From Octopus sinensis (Eukaryota), in the NCBI RefSeq assembly GCF_006345805.1, contig NC_043007.1, positions 20,274,001 to 20,338,000 of the forward strand: a DNA stretch of 64,000 nucleotides. The letters are read 5' to 3'. This document shows positions 38,701-50,129 of this stretch, one piece after another. Position numbers and translations under genes: made by a program. Every line of letters starts with the position of its first letter. Position 1 is the first letter of the stretch. A model generated the notes under the pieces. That model was not told the DNA's origin. It did not search any database and saw nothing but the letters and a program-made list of their open reading frames with translations.

Positions 38701-41700
38701 GTTAATGATGTTGTGAGCGAGAATGAGATCACCACAGCCTCGTCGTTTTTCTAGAGAATAAAGGTCGAGTGTCTTCAGCCTTCCTTCATAAGACAAATGC
38801 TTGAGACCAAGAACCATGCGGGTAGCCAGCTTCTGGACTCTTTCGAGATGCTGTATGTCTTTGAGGAGATAAGGAGTAGAGGCTTGAATCCCGTACTCCA
38901 ATATGGGTCTCACCAGCATGACATAGAGCGGTAGGAATATGGCTGCTGTGTCGGGTATGCTAACGATTCTGCTAGTTCACTGCCTAAAAACTGTGATATG
39001 ATTGGAATGAGGAAAGCTTACTTTAGAAAAGCTAAGATCAAATTCCTTGTACATGAAGAAGATGCAGGTAACAAGGAAGAGTAACAAGGAAGAGTAACAA
39101 GAACTTTAGAATCAGTTGCCAAGTTTATTGTGAAGTTCTTTGGAGGGTAGAAATAGCGTTAATTCTTTACTGCTTTGATGATTTTTAATGGTGAAGTTAA
39201 AGATGCTACTATCATGGGAGAAAATTACAAAGCAATTAAAAGTAACCAAGACAAGTCAAAGAAAAGCAAAAGCACTCCACCTGCTACTTGTATTCGTATT
39301 GTCATATTTTCTTCCAACTGAGCTAATGGACGCCAATAATCCTGTGCTTTACCTGCACGAATTTCTTCTAGTTTTTCATCAACTTGTTTTACCCTTTCCT
39401 CATATAACCTGAAATTAGAAAGACAGCCACGTTATAAATTACCTCCTGAAAGAAGGATAAACATTTTACCTGTAATAAAAGGTAAATGCATGAAAGGTGC
39501 AAGAAGCAAAACTGTGTTTTCACTCATTATTTGAAGCATTATGATGTAATTAACATTAAATTAGAAAGTCTTTATTCCTGGTCAAAAAGAAACAAAAACC
39601 TGAAAACATCGTTTGAAGGCCACGGTCCAATGTTTGACTGAAACAAGTAAAAGATAGAGATTTGCAATGTTTGAAAAAAAACAGTCGAGCGAGGTCGTTG
39701 CCAGTGCCGCTGGACTGGCCCCTGTACAGGTGGCACATAAAAAGCACCATTTGAGCGTGGCCGTTGCCAGTACCGCCTGACTGGTCTTCGTACCAGTGGC
39801 ACATAAAAAGCACCCACTACACTCTCGGAGTGGTTGGCGTTAGGAAGGGCATCCAGCTGTAGAAACTCTGCCAGATCAGATTGGAGCCTGGTGCAGCCAT
39901 CTGGTTCACCAGCCCTCAGTCAAATCGTCCAACCCATGCTAGCATGGAAAGCAGACGTTAAACGATGATGATGATGACAACTGAACATGAACAGCTACTG
40001 TGAGAAATGAAGACTTACCGTTCTTTTAAAGCTGAAAATTGATGTTCTAATGTTGCCATGTCTTCAAGACATTCTGCACGCCGTCTTTCTGATTCTTCTT
40101 CATCAATTTCTATTGAAGAAAGCAAAGTGTAAAGTTAAACAAGGTAAATAGGAGTAAAGTCAGATCACAAAATAAGTGTTAGTGACTCCTAACTTCTTAG
40201 AAATCACACCTCCACCATTTTGAAAAAAGAAAGGACCCATTAGGTAATGTAATCCTAAATGCTCAAAAGTGGATTTTAAAAATGTAGGATAGAACATGTG
40301 TAAAAAGATTCGAGCAAAGATCGTTGCCAGTACCGCCTGACTGGCCCCGTGCTGGTGGCATGTAAAAAGCACCCACTACACTCTCGGAGTAGTTGGCATT
40401 AGGAAGGGCATCCAGCTGTAGAAACTCTGCCAGATCAAGATTGGAGCCTGGTGCAGCCATCTGGTTCGCCAGCCCTCAGTCAAAATCGTACAACCCATGC
40501 TAGCATGGAAAGCAAACATTAAACGATGATGATGAGAACACTTTAGATCATAGGTCTACTTAATCAGAGTAAATCTGGTGCCAACAACATAACCAGTTAA
40601 AAAGATGATACAATTAAAAGCTTAAAAATAGACAAGCTCAGCAATTAAGAAATGGGGTAGAATCTGGAATCTGAAAAAATAGGGGACAGTCTAGGCTGGC
40701 AACACAGTCTTGAGGAGAGTTTGTGAAAGAGTTCAAGAAGTTAAATTGCAGTAAGGAAGTGAGAGACTAAATTGTATTGTTACTTTGGTTACAAGTATAT
40801 AAATGTCTAGCCTACAAATGAAATGACTGTGTCACTTTCTCTCTCAGGCAAACTGCAGGTGTCTGAAATGCTATATCCATCTTTACTAACAACTAAAGCA
40901 ATATTTGTATTTAACCCTTTCGTTACTGTATTTATTTTGGGATGCTCAGTGTTTCTTTCAATTAATTTTAACTATTACAAAGAATTTAGTAACATAATTT
41001 CGTTATCATTAAGTTAGGAACATAAATTGTGACTAAGGTTTGGCAGAAGATTTTTATTGAAAACTTATGAAAACAAGACATTTGTACTGCAGAGCCAGAG
41101 AAGGTTTCAGGTAGGTTGATATCAAAAGGGTTAAATGCACCTCTACATTTGGGCAGATGCACATGAGAAGCAACTGGAAGGGTGTGGATTGATGGAAATT
41201 TAGGCTGTCATTTCTAGCATATAGAGTGACCACATTGAGGTCTCCTCTTATGTCTTCTGCTGATTATTTTCCTTTTTAACCCTTTCATTACAGTATTTAT
41301 TTTGAGATGCTCTGAGTTTCTCTCAATTACTTTAAATATAACAAAGAATTTAGTAAAATAACTTGGTTATTATTCAGCTAGTGTTAGGAACATAAATCGT
41401 GACTAAGGTTTAGTGGAAGATTTTAATTCAAAACTTATGAAAACAAGACATTTGTACTCAGAGCCGGTTTCAGCCAGGTTGTTAATGAAAGAGTTAAACA
41501 GTCTTGTTTCTTTCCAGTTCATACTGCAAAATATTCATGGTGATATGTTTCTAAGACTATAAGAAGCTGAACTGTTCTTAGAAAATCTATCTTTTCACAA
41601 AGCATTTCTGCCCTTGCTAAGCATTATCAGCCCAACATTATAGTGGAGGACATTTGCCCCAGGTGCTGTATAATGGGGCAGAAGACAGGGCTGTGCAGTA

Positions 41701-44700
41701 AACAAAACGAACCTTATATTCACATAGACACATGCACATGTGTAAGGCTGTGGTAGGTAGCATTTGGCCATGGTCATCAGCATCATCGTTTAACGTCCGC
41801 TTTTCATGCGAGCATGGGTTGGACGATTGACTGAGGGCTGGCGAACCATATGGCTGCACCAGGCTTCAGACATGATCTGGCAGAGTTTCTACAGCTGGAT
41901 GCCCTTCCTAACGCCAACAACTCTGAGAGTGTAGTGGGTGCTTCTACGTGCCACTGGCACAGGGCCAGCCAAGCAGTACTGGCAACGACCTCACTTGAAT
42001 CTTTTTACATATGCCACCGGCAGAGGTGCCAGTAAGGCGATGCTGGTAACGATCACGCTCAAATGGTGTCTTTTACGTGCCACCGGCACAGAGGCCAGAT
42101 AGCCGCTCTGGCAACGATCACGCTCAGATGGTGCTCTTAATACCCAACTAGCACGGGGCTCAAGTGTCAGTAAGGCGACGCTGGTAACAATCACACTTGA
42201 ATGGTGCCTTTTAAGTGCCACTGGCACGGAAACCGGTTATCCGCTCTGGCAATGATCACACTTGGATGGTGCTCTTAATACCCTACTAGCACAGGGCTCG
42301 AGTGCCAATAAGGCAACGCTGGTAACGATCACACTCAAATGGTGTCTTTTACGTGCCACTGGCACAGAGGCCAGTTAGCCACTCTGTCAATGATTACACT
42401 CGAATGGTGTCTTTTACGTGCCACCAGCAGAGGTCAGATAGCCGCTCTAGCAATGATCACGCTCGGATGGTACTCTTAATACCCTACTAGCACGAGGCTT
42501 GAGTCCCAGTAAGGCGAAGCTGGTAACGATCACGCTCAAATGGTGTCTTTTAAGTGCCACTGGCACAGAGGCCAGATAGCCGCTCTGGCAATGATCACGC
42601 TTGAATGGTGTCTTTTACATGCCACCGGCACAGAGGCCAGCGATCACGCTCGGATGGTGCTCTTAATACCCAACTAGCACAGGGCTCAAGTGCCAGTAAG
42701 GCAACGCTGGTAACGGGAGCAATATAAAGAGATCGATTGCTTATTCTTCTTTTGAATATATCAGAACTCAGTCATGGAATAAATTTCACTGTTCAAGATT
42801 ACTGACATTTTATTTAGCTTCATCCGTTGCTTAGAATGGTGGCCTTAACATTTGTTTGCTGAAGCTATTATGAAACAAATCTGTCACTAAATGGTTTATG
42901 ACACTATCGCTTGCTGTCCTATTCCTTCAATTTATTTAGACAATATGATAAATATATGTCCTGCACCATCTTGTATTGACCATCTGTTCACATTCACATG
43001 TATAAAAACACCAGTAAAATGTGCTTCTGCCATACTAACATTTCCATGCCTGTTTTACTCCTTGGTGTCAGTGAGGACAAGTACACCATTATCATTACAT
43101 ACACACATTCACCAACACGGTCTTGATTTATGTTGACACACAACTTTGAAATCCAGAAAACCACACCATCTGACTATCAGTTTCTCTCCTTCCTAAATAA
43201 TTTATTTCTTTACTACCCACAAGAGGCTAAACAAGGACAGACAAAGGGATTAAGTCGATTATATCAACTCCAGTACGTAACTGGTACTTAATTAATCAAC
43301 CCTGAAAGGATGAAAGGCAAAGTCGACCTCAGTGGAATTTGAACTCAAAACGTAGCGGCAGACGAAATGCCTATTTCTATTTCTTTACTACCCACAAGGG
43401 GCTAAACACAGAGGGAACAAACAAGGACAGACAAACGGATTAAGTCGATTATATCAACCCCAGTGCGTAACTGGTACTTAATTTATCGACCCCGAAAGGA
43501 TGAAAGGCAAAGTCAACCTCGGCGGAATTTGAACTCAAAACCTAACGGCAGATGAAATACCTATTTCTTTATTACCCACAAGGGGCTAAACACAGAGAGG
43601 ACAAACAAGGACAGACAAAGGGATTAAGTCGATTATATCAACTCCAGTGCGTAACTGGTACTTAATTTATCGACCCCAAAAGGATGAAAGGCAAAGTCAA
43701 CCTCGGCGGAATTTGAACTCAAAACCTAACAGCAGATGAAATACCTATTTCTTTATTACCCACAAGAGGCTAAACACAGAGGGGACAAACAAGGACAGAC
43801 AAACGGATTAAGTCGATTATATCAACCCCAGTGTATAACTGGTACTTATTTAATCGACCCGAAAGGATGAAAGGCAAAGTCGACCTCGGCGGAATTTGAA
43901 CTCAGAACGTAGCGGCAGACGAAATACCACTAAGCATTTCGCCCAGTGTGCTAATGTTTCTGCCACATCTGTGCATTTGAACTACTTAGGATAAAAGGCA
44001 AAGTCAGCTGTGGATTTGAATATGGAACTGCGAAGAACAAAATTAATGTCTCAATGCAACATATTTAGCATAATGTTTTATTGTCTGGGTATTAATAGCG
44101 TCTATGACTATATGACTAGAGACAAGGCTAATTGTAGATTCAACTATTTCTTTAATTTACTACTGTACCAGTTTTTAATCAGCACTTGAGAAATATGAAT
44201 AAAATCAAGACATTCCCAATATAATTTAAACCTAGAATGAACAGGGATTCAAACTAAATTCTTTGATTAGTCATGTACCAATAAGGGAGCCTTTACTGAG
44301 TTATTGAGATTGCTAGAAATAGCAGCAAAAGTACCTCAAATGACCCCTGTGAGAGTGACATATTAAACAATGCTGTAATGCACTAATCGTAGCCCTGTTC
44401 AGTCAGGGCTGACTTGGAGGTGAACAACAATGATGATTACTATAGGCACACAAATTATGGGGAAGGACACGCAATCAATGTGGTTGACTCAAGTACTTCA
44501 CTACTACGTATTTTATCGACTCCAGGCAGGATACAAGACTGGGATATTCTCTTTACTCATTTGACTGCGGCCATGCTGAAGCACCGCCTTTAGTCAAGCA
44601 AATCGACCTCAGGACTTATTCTTTGTAATCCTAGTACTTATTCTATCAGTGTCTTTTTGCCGAACCGCTAAGTTACGGGGACGTAAACATACCAGCATCG

Positions 44701-45676
44701 GTTGTTGGGGGGACAAACACAGACACACACACATACATATATATACGACGGGCTTCTTTCAGTTTCCGTCTACCAAATCCACTCACAAGGCTTTGGTCGG
44801 CCCGACGCTATAGTAGAAGACATTTGCCCAAGGCGTCACGCAGTGGGACTGAACCCGGAACCATATGGTTCGTAAGCAAGCTATTACCACACAGCCACTC
44901 CTACGCCTATTCGGATAGAATGCAAAAAAAAAAAAGGATATAACTAAATACTACAAAGCGTTTGGCAGGTGGGGGTCTAGCAATTTCGTCATTTACTACC
45001 TTAATAATAATTCTAAGAACGGCACGTTTTCAAGTAATCCTGAGGGAGGGAACAGTTAATCAAATCTATCCCATTACTTTAGCGGTACATATTTGATTGA
45101 TAATGAGATTGTAAAACATAAATTCGACATTAACGCGCCTTGAACACAGAAAAAAAGGAAACTGAATACTATTTGAATAAGGAATTTTGAAACCATCGAG
45201 CGATCCTCCACAGTTCTTAACCGAAGATTTTGTTGATAAAATTTATGTAATAAACTGGTTATATTTCTACAACACGCAAAATGTTTAAGCATTTTTAATG
45301 CAATCCCTAATAACACATAATCATAAAAATATAATAGGAATTTTTATATATCGAATGGCTACGAGTCACCCCCCTACACACACACACACAACCGCCGAAT
45401 TAAATAGAAATCAAAGGGTTCCATAGGCAAAAAATGGTTAAGTAATCGATTGCTACAATTTTTAGAAATAGCAACTGGTCAAATCTCTCTAAAATCTTTT
45501 GGTCATAAATATACGAAAAAAATAACCAAAGGCCTGCTCGGTTAGGGTTGTTGATGTGGGACTTAGGAACAACCTAAGTTGTGTGTAATCGTTTACGATA
45601 AATTTCCATTCTATTCAGCCCCCTTTTTTTTTTTTTTTGGCAATCCTTCGATTTAACTCGACAAAACAAAATACAT

Positions 45677-45760
<84 letters not shown>

Positions 45761-47811
45761 AATCTCTGAACGAGGTATAAACAGTAGCTGCACGACAATG
45801 TGAAGTATATTTGCCACTTAAGGGTCGATGCTACTGAAAGGTACAATTGTGCGCGCGTATATATATAAATACACACACACACATATATATATATACGCGC
45901 GCGCGCAACTGTACCTTTATTTTACTTAAATCATACAACTTTGTATGTGGAACTATAATTACAACCAACAACAGAATAGAATAAGTTAGAAGATGGTGTG
46001 TAATGCCTGCATCAACCTAATTAATACATATGTTTTTAACGTTTTATTGCCCCCACCCACTAAAGGAGGGAAAAGAAAATTCCTCGGTGAAATGAATTTG
46101 AATTCGGAACGGAGAAGTCAATAGTTTAATACTGGTAATCTCTAATCGAAACAATGCCATTTTCTTATATTGCATTACTGGATCTGTACGGAAAGGATAA
46201 ATACAGACGATGCAACCCAACTGAAGAATTTATGAGGAAATAAAGTTGACTCGTGTGAATCATCCGAAACTTCTCTCTCTTCGATCCAAGAACTTTTTAC
46301 ATAACACATTCCAATATAATCGGAATCTATAGCATCTGAAAGGTATTTGTAGAAAATTTCGTTTTAAAATGTCCATTTTTCTGAAAGTTATGAGGAAACA
46401 AATTCGAGGGGGGCACATTTGGATCGGTATACTCTGTGCGTGTATGTGCGTGTGTGTGTGCATACCAAGTGGTAGAATCGTTAGAGCGTCGGAAAAAAAT
46501 GCTTACGGCATTTCTTTCGGTTCTTAACATTCTGAGTTCAAATTTCACCAAAGTCAACAACTTCGCCTTTTATTCATTTGGGTTGATAAACTGTATTTCT
46601 TTACTGCCCACAAGGGGCTAAACATAGAGGGGACAAACAAGGACAGACAAAGGGATTAAGTCGATTACTGGTACTTTATTTATCGATCCCGAAGGGATGA
46701 AAGGCAAAGTCAACCTCGGGTACCGGTCAAGTATTGAGATCGATGTAATTGACTACACCCTCTCCCGCTAAAACGTTTGGCCTTGTACCAAAGTTTGAAA
46801 CAATTACTATATTATAACATGGAATTCCAATTAGTAAAGTCTGGATGAGAGAAGAGGAACAGGGGTAAAATAATTGTAACGTGTATAACTGAAATTTTTT
46901 GTTTATTTTCGAACAAGAGGCCAGTCATCCGAATATAAACAAATCTACGTTTTCCTCGATTTTATACAAGTCGCAATGTTGCAGATTTACGCGAGGAAAG
47001 GTGGTCGGAGATCAAAAAATTAAAGGCTTTATTAATAAAACACGCAGAATGTAAAGAAACACGTTGAAAGACTTAAGAAGAGAGAAGAGAGAATGGCGCG
47101 CCAAATGGAACTAATTATTTGCTGCGGGATTTATTTTGAAAAATTAACGAATTTTCTTCAAACGAAATCAAAATAAAAACATAATGCAGTCGGAAAATGA
47201 GATTTTTTGCGGCTTAACCTTAGCAAAAGTTTACCCTTTTCGGTACCACTAGCGAACAGTGGTCCCGGTGCGCGCACGCGCGTTCGCGCATCCGCGCTAG
47301 CTAGTCGTGAGTAGTCGATCCTAGAACGACTGACTTAACAAAGTAAATAAAACACAAAATAAATAATTTTTTTTACGCAAAGTAAATAATTTTCGCTAAA
47401 CAGAGTAAATAAAACACAAAAACATAAAGTAAATAATTTTTTAAACAAAGTAAATAACACACAAAAACACAAGGTGAGGATCGACTAGTCGTGACTAGCT
47501 GGCGCGGATGCGCGAGTAGGCGAGTGCGCGCACCGGGACCACTGTTTCTCAAGTGGTACCCTAATTTTTTTTTTTTATATATATATATTTCAATAACAAA
47601 ATAATCCTTCTCATAAAATAATCATTACAAATAAATTAACAAACAGATTCTCCTCCAAATGCCTCGGAGTTAAGTAACGCTGTTTTGTAAGAAAGCATTT
47701 GTAAATAAGTTTCTTACCCGAGCTGTCTTCCTCGGAACCGGATGATTCGGTATCTTCATCGGAACTCTTATCGCTTTCCCCCGTGTCTTGTTCCATCTTA
47801 ACCTGTTCCAT
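32768..47811 (-). CDS. BRMS1: BRMS1/BRMS1-like (Sds3 family, Sin3-HDAC subunit), 9 coding exons; 690 nt, 229 aa
   Basis: Exons 47811-47718, 40109-40019, 39408-39281, 36891-36812, 35992-35896, 35393-35301, 35169-35105, 33404-33368, 32772-32768. The protein contains [77 protein letters not shown] and [29 protein letters not shown], co-linear with vertebrate BRMS1L from memory. All phases are consistent. Confidence 0.93.
33368..33404 (-). CDS. BRMS1: BRMS1-like exon 8 ([12 protein letters not shown])
   Basis: ttccttatatttatag acceptor, T|gtaagc donor, 37 nt; phase 0 matches exon 7. Confidence 0.75.
34240..34590 (+). mobile_element. RTE LINE 3' end (related copies about 55855-56045 and 18010-18150)
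   Basis: [41 protein letters not shown] typical RTE C-terminus plus UTR. Confidence 0.8.
35105..35169 (-). CDS. BRMS1: BRMS1-like exon 7 ([22 protein letters not shown])
   Basis: ttttttag acceptor, AAG|gtaaga donor, 65 nt; conserved PYIVYML..DI.EDW motif. Confidence 0.93.
35301..35393 (-). CDS. BRMS1: BRMS1-like exon 6 ([31 protein letters not shown])
   Basis: cttttag acceptor, G|gtattt donor, 93 nt; basic NLS-like segment. Confidence 0.9.
35896..35992 (-). CDS. BRMS1: BRMS1-like exon 5 ([32 protein letters not shown])
   Basis: ttttccag acceptor, G|gtaaat donor, 97 nt; signature Sds3-family motif. Confidence 0.93.
36812..36891 (-). CDS. BRMS1: BRMS1-like exon 4 ([27 protein letters not shown])
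   Basis: (ct)n-ttcag acceptor, GAA|gtaagt donor, 80 nt. Confidence 0.9.
38390..38940 (-). mobile_element. Second copy of the same CR1-group LINE 3' end (BRMS1 intron 3)
   Basis: [36 protein letters not shown]..; near-identical to the 28.2-kb copy. Confidence 0.9.
39281..39408 (-). CDS. BRMS1: BRMS1-like exon 3 ([42 protein letters not shown])
   Basis: aatttcag acceptor, G|gtggag donor, 128 nt. Confidence 0.92.
39680..39978 (+). mobile_element. (GAT)n-tailed SINE-like family C with RTE-like 3' end. About 20 copies, e.g. 105-610, 9660-10145, 12500-12900, 13935-14220, 16765-17090, 26245-26800, 27140-27420, 34590-34965, 37470-37780, 40300-40535, 41780-42715, 56050-56398
   Basis: Shared ggttggcgttaggaagggcatccagctgtagaaac..aacccatgctagcatggaaagcggacgttaaacgatgatgat, with the ccatgctagcatgg palindrome before the tail. 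Confidence 0.88.
40019..40109 (-). CDS. BRMS1: BRMS1-like exon 2 ([30 protein letters not shown])
   Basis: ttcttcaatag acceptor, CG|gtaagt donor, 91 nt. Confidence 0.92.
42020..42715. repeat. Minisatellite expansion (alternating ~55-62 bp subunits) inside a family-C element
   Basis: gccagtaaggcgacgctggtaacgatcac / gccagatagccgctctggcaacgatcac units recur about 5-6 times each. Confidence 0.85.
43200..43965 (-). repeat. Tandem array of about 4 x 180-bp family-B SINE bodies sharing one head
   Basis: tatttcttt..cccacaag..gacgaaatac(c) repeated head-to-tail; the 5' head appears only once, at about 43930-43965. Confidence 0.9.
45680..45760. repeat. (CA)n(TA)~33 microsatellite; many shorter (TA)n, (CA)n, (GA)n and (CAT)n tracts occur throughout
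   Basis: Direct reading. Confidence 0.95.
47242..47560. mobile_element. GC-rich long-TIR fold-back element (MITE-like) in BRMS1 intron 1
   Basis: About 80-bp inverted arms (ggtaccact..cagtggtcccggtgcgcgcac..gcgcatccgcgc.agctagtc..agtcgatcct) around AT-rich aaagtaaataa repeats. Confidence 0.75.
47718..47811 (-). CDS. BRMS1: BRMS1-like exon 1 ([31 protein letters not shown])
   Basis: Acidic N-terminus with the DEDTESS motif; donor G|gtaaga. The start is taken at the ATG at 47811, although the frame is open further upstream. Confidence 0.85.
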
Positions 47812-47889
47812 AATCGTGTGTCCGCGTGCCTTATAATTAGAGAAAAGACGATCTATGACAACACAAGCCGAGCCGTCGTTCATCGACTT

Positions 47890-47940
47890 CGGTTCCTGAC
47901 AACTTGTCAGGCGCATGCGTACCAACAGCTTCCGTTTCCT
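47890..47940 (-). promoter_or_regulatory. Candidate BRMS1 core promoter (NRF1-like GCGCATGCGT, ETS-like CGGAAG, CTGACAA-c-TTGTCAG palindrome)
   Basis: Motifs at 47911-47920, 47929-47934 and 47896-47910, about 85-125 nt upstream of the ATG in a CpG-retaining patch. Confidence 0.5.
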
Positions 47941-49255
47941 TTGTTTCCCTTCCTACCGCTTACTCTTTACTCTTCACTCTTTACTCTTCACTCTTTACTC
48001 TTCACTCTTTGCTCTTCACTCTTTACTCTTCTAGTTTCAGTCGTTTGACTGCGGCGGCCATGCTGGAGCACCAACCTTTAGTCGAGCAGATCGAACCCCC
48101 CCTCCCTTCCCTTCCCCACCAGGACTTATTCTTTCGATGCCTAGTACTTATTCTATCGGTTCCCTTTTTTGCCGAACCGCTAAGTTACGGGGACGTAACC
48201 ACACCAGCATCGGTTGTCAAGCGATGTTGAAGGGGGGAGGGACAAACACAGACACACCGACACAAACACAAACACACACACACAAACACACATACATATA
48301 CATACATACGACGGGCTTCTTTCAGTTTCCGTCTACCAAAAATCCACTCAGAAGGCTTTGGTCGGCCCGAAGCTATAGTAGAATAGAAGACACTTGCCCA
48401 AGGTGCCACGCAGTGGGACTGAACCCGGAACCATGTGGTTCGCATTTTCAATGTGCTTTGTTAGTTTTAAAGTGAATCTAATGTTTAGTTTCAAATATTT
48501 ACACTTCTTTTACTTGTCTTAGTCACTGGACTGAAGCCATGCTGGAGCATCGCTTTGAAAGATTTTAGTCGAAGAAATCAACCCCAGTATTTATTTATTT
48601 CGTAAGTCGTACTTTTTCTGTCGGTGCTTTTGCCGAACCACTAAGTTACGGAAACGCAAACAAACCAACACCGGTTGTCAAGTGGTGGTGATGGGCACAA
48701 ACACACACGACTGACTTATTTCAGTTTCCCTCTGCCAAATCTACTGACTGCGGCCATGCTGGAGCACCAACCAGTCGAGCAGATCGACCTCCAGGACTTA
48801 TTCTTTGGATGCCTAGCACTTATTCTATCGGTTCCTTTTGCCGAACCGCTAAGTTACGGGGACGTAAACACACCAGCATCGGTTGTCAAGTGATGTTGGG
48901 GGGACAAACAGACACATACACAAACACACACACATCTACATACATATACATAGTACCGTAGAAGACACTTTCCAATGTGCCACGCAATGGGACCGAACCC
49001 GGAACCATGGGGTTGAGAAGCAAACTTCTTACCACAGTGCCACGCTTGCTTATTTTAATCCCTTCAACACTTTTCAGTGTTTCTTAAATTTCATTTTAGA
49101 TCAATATAAATTTACCGATTATTTCCATTTCCTACGCGTTATATGTCAAGGTTTTTGGCGATCTTTCGGTATAGGTACCGTAAGTGGCTTTGTTTACATT
49201 TCTGAAGATAACAGAAACCCTTTTCTCCTACCCCTAACCCTAACCCTAACCTCCC

Positions 49256-49286
<31 letters not shown>

Positions 49287-50129
49287 CACTTTCTTGAAAT
49301 GTATCCGGTACCTATACCGAAGTTACGCCAGTTTTTTTGTTAAACAGACCAAATTTCGTTAGTCGTGTGATGTTTCATTGGAAATTATACAACAGTACCA
49401 GAAGCAACATTTTGGAAAAGCGATCCTTCGAAGTTTCATTCGACGCGATGAACAAAAAGGGTACTCTTTTTACTTGTTTCAGGCATTTGACTGCGGCCAT
49501 GCAGGAGCACCGCCTTTAGTCGAGCAAATCGACCCCGGAACTTATTCTTTGTAAGCCCAGTACTTAATCTATCAGTGTCTTTTGCGGAACCGCTAAGTGA
49601 CGGGGACATAAACACACCAGCATCGGTTGTCAAGCAATGCTAGGGGGACAAACACATACACACACACACATATATATACATATATACGACGGGCTTCTTT
49701 CCGAGGCTATAGTAAAAGACACTTGCCCAAGGTGCTACGCAGTGGGACTGAACCCGGAACCATGTGGTTGGTAAGCAAGCTACTTACCACACAGCCACTC
49801 TTGCGCCTATCGACTTTTCTTTCCATCCTTTTAGAGTCAATAAAACAAAGTACCGGTCAAGTACTGGAATTGATGTAATCAACTAGCCCCTGCTCCCTAA
49901 AAAAAAATGCTGACCTCATGCCAAAATTTGAAAGAATTTTTATTGTGGTAACAGCAACACATTTGCTTCGAATTATTCGTTGAGTTTTGTTTATTCTTAA
50001 TTATCTTTTGCCCATTTATTCACAAAAATTTTGCACTGTGTGAGAGATTTCCGAGAGAATATAAATAATGAATATACAAAAGAACTCCTTGTGGAAATAT
50101 ACTCATAACAGGAATAAAGTAAGTAACCC

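Noticed and set aside
43200-43965. CRISPR-like or novel regularly spaced array
   Set aside because: The units are whole SINE bodies with no unique spacers, the context is eukaryotic and there are no cas genes.
47812-47925. Longer BRMS1 N-terminus from the ORF-track start (MVRMRLTSC..)
   Set aside because: It starts at a non-ATG codon inside promoter-like motifs and has no family resemblance; an ATG at ~47883 cannot be excluded.
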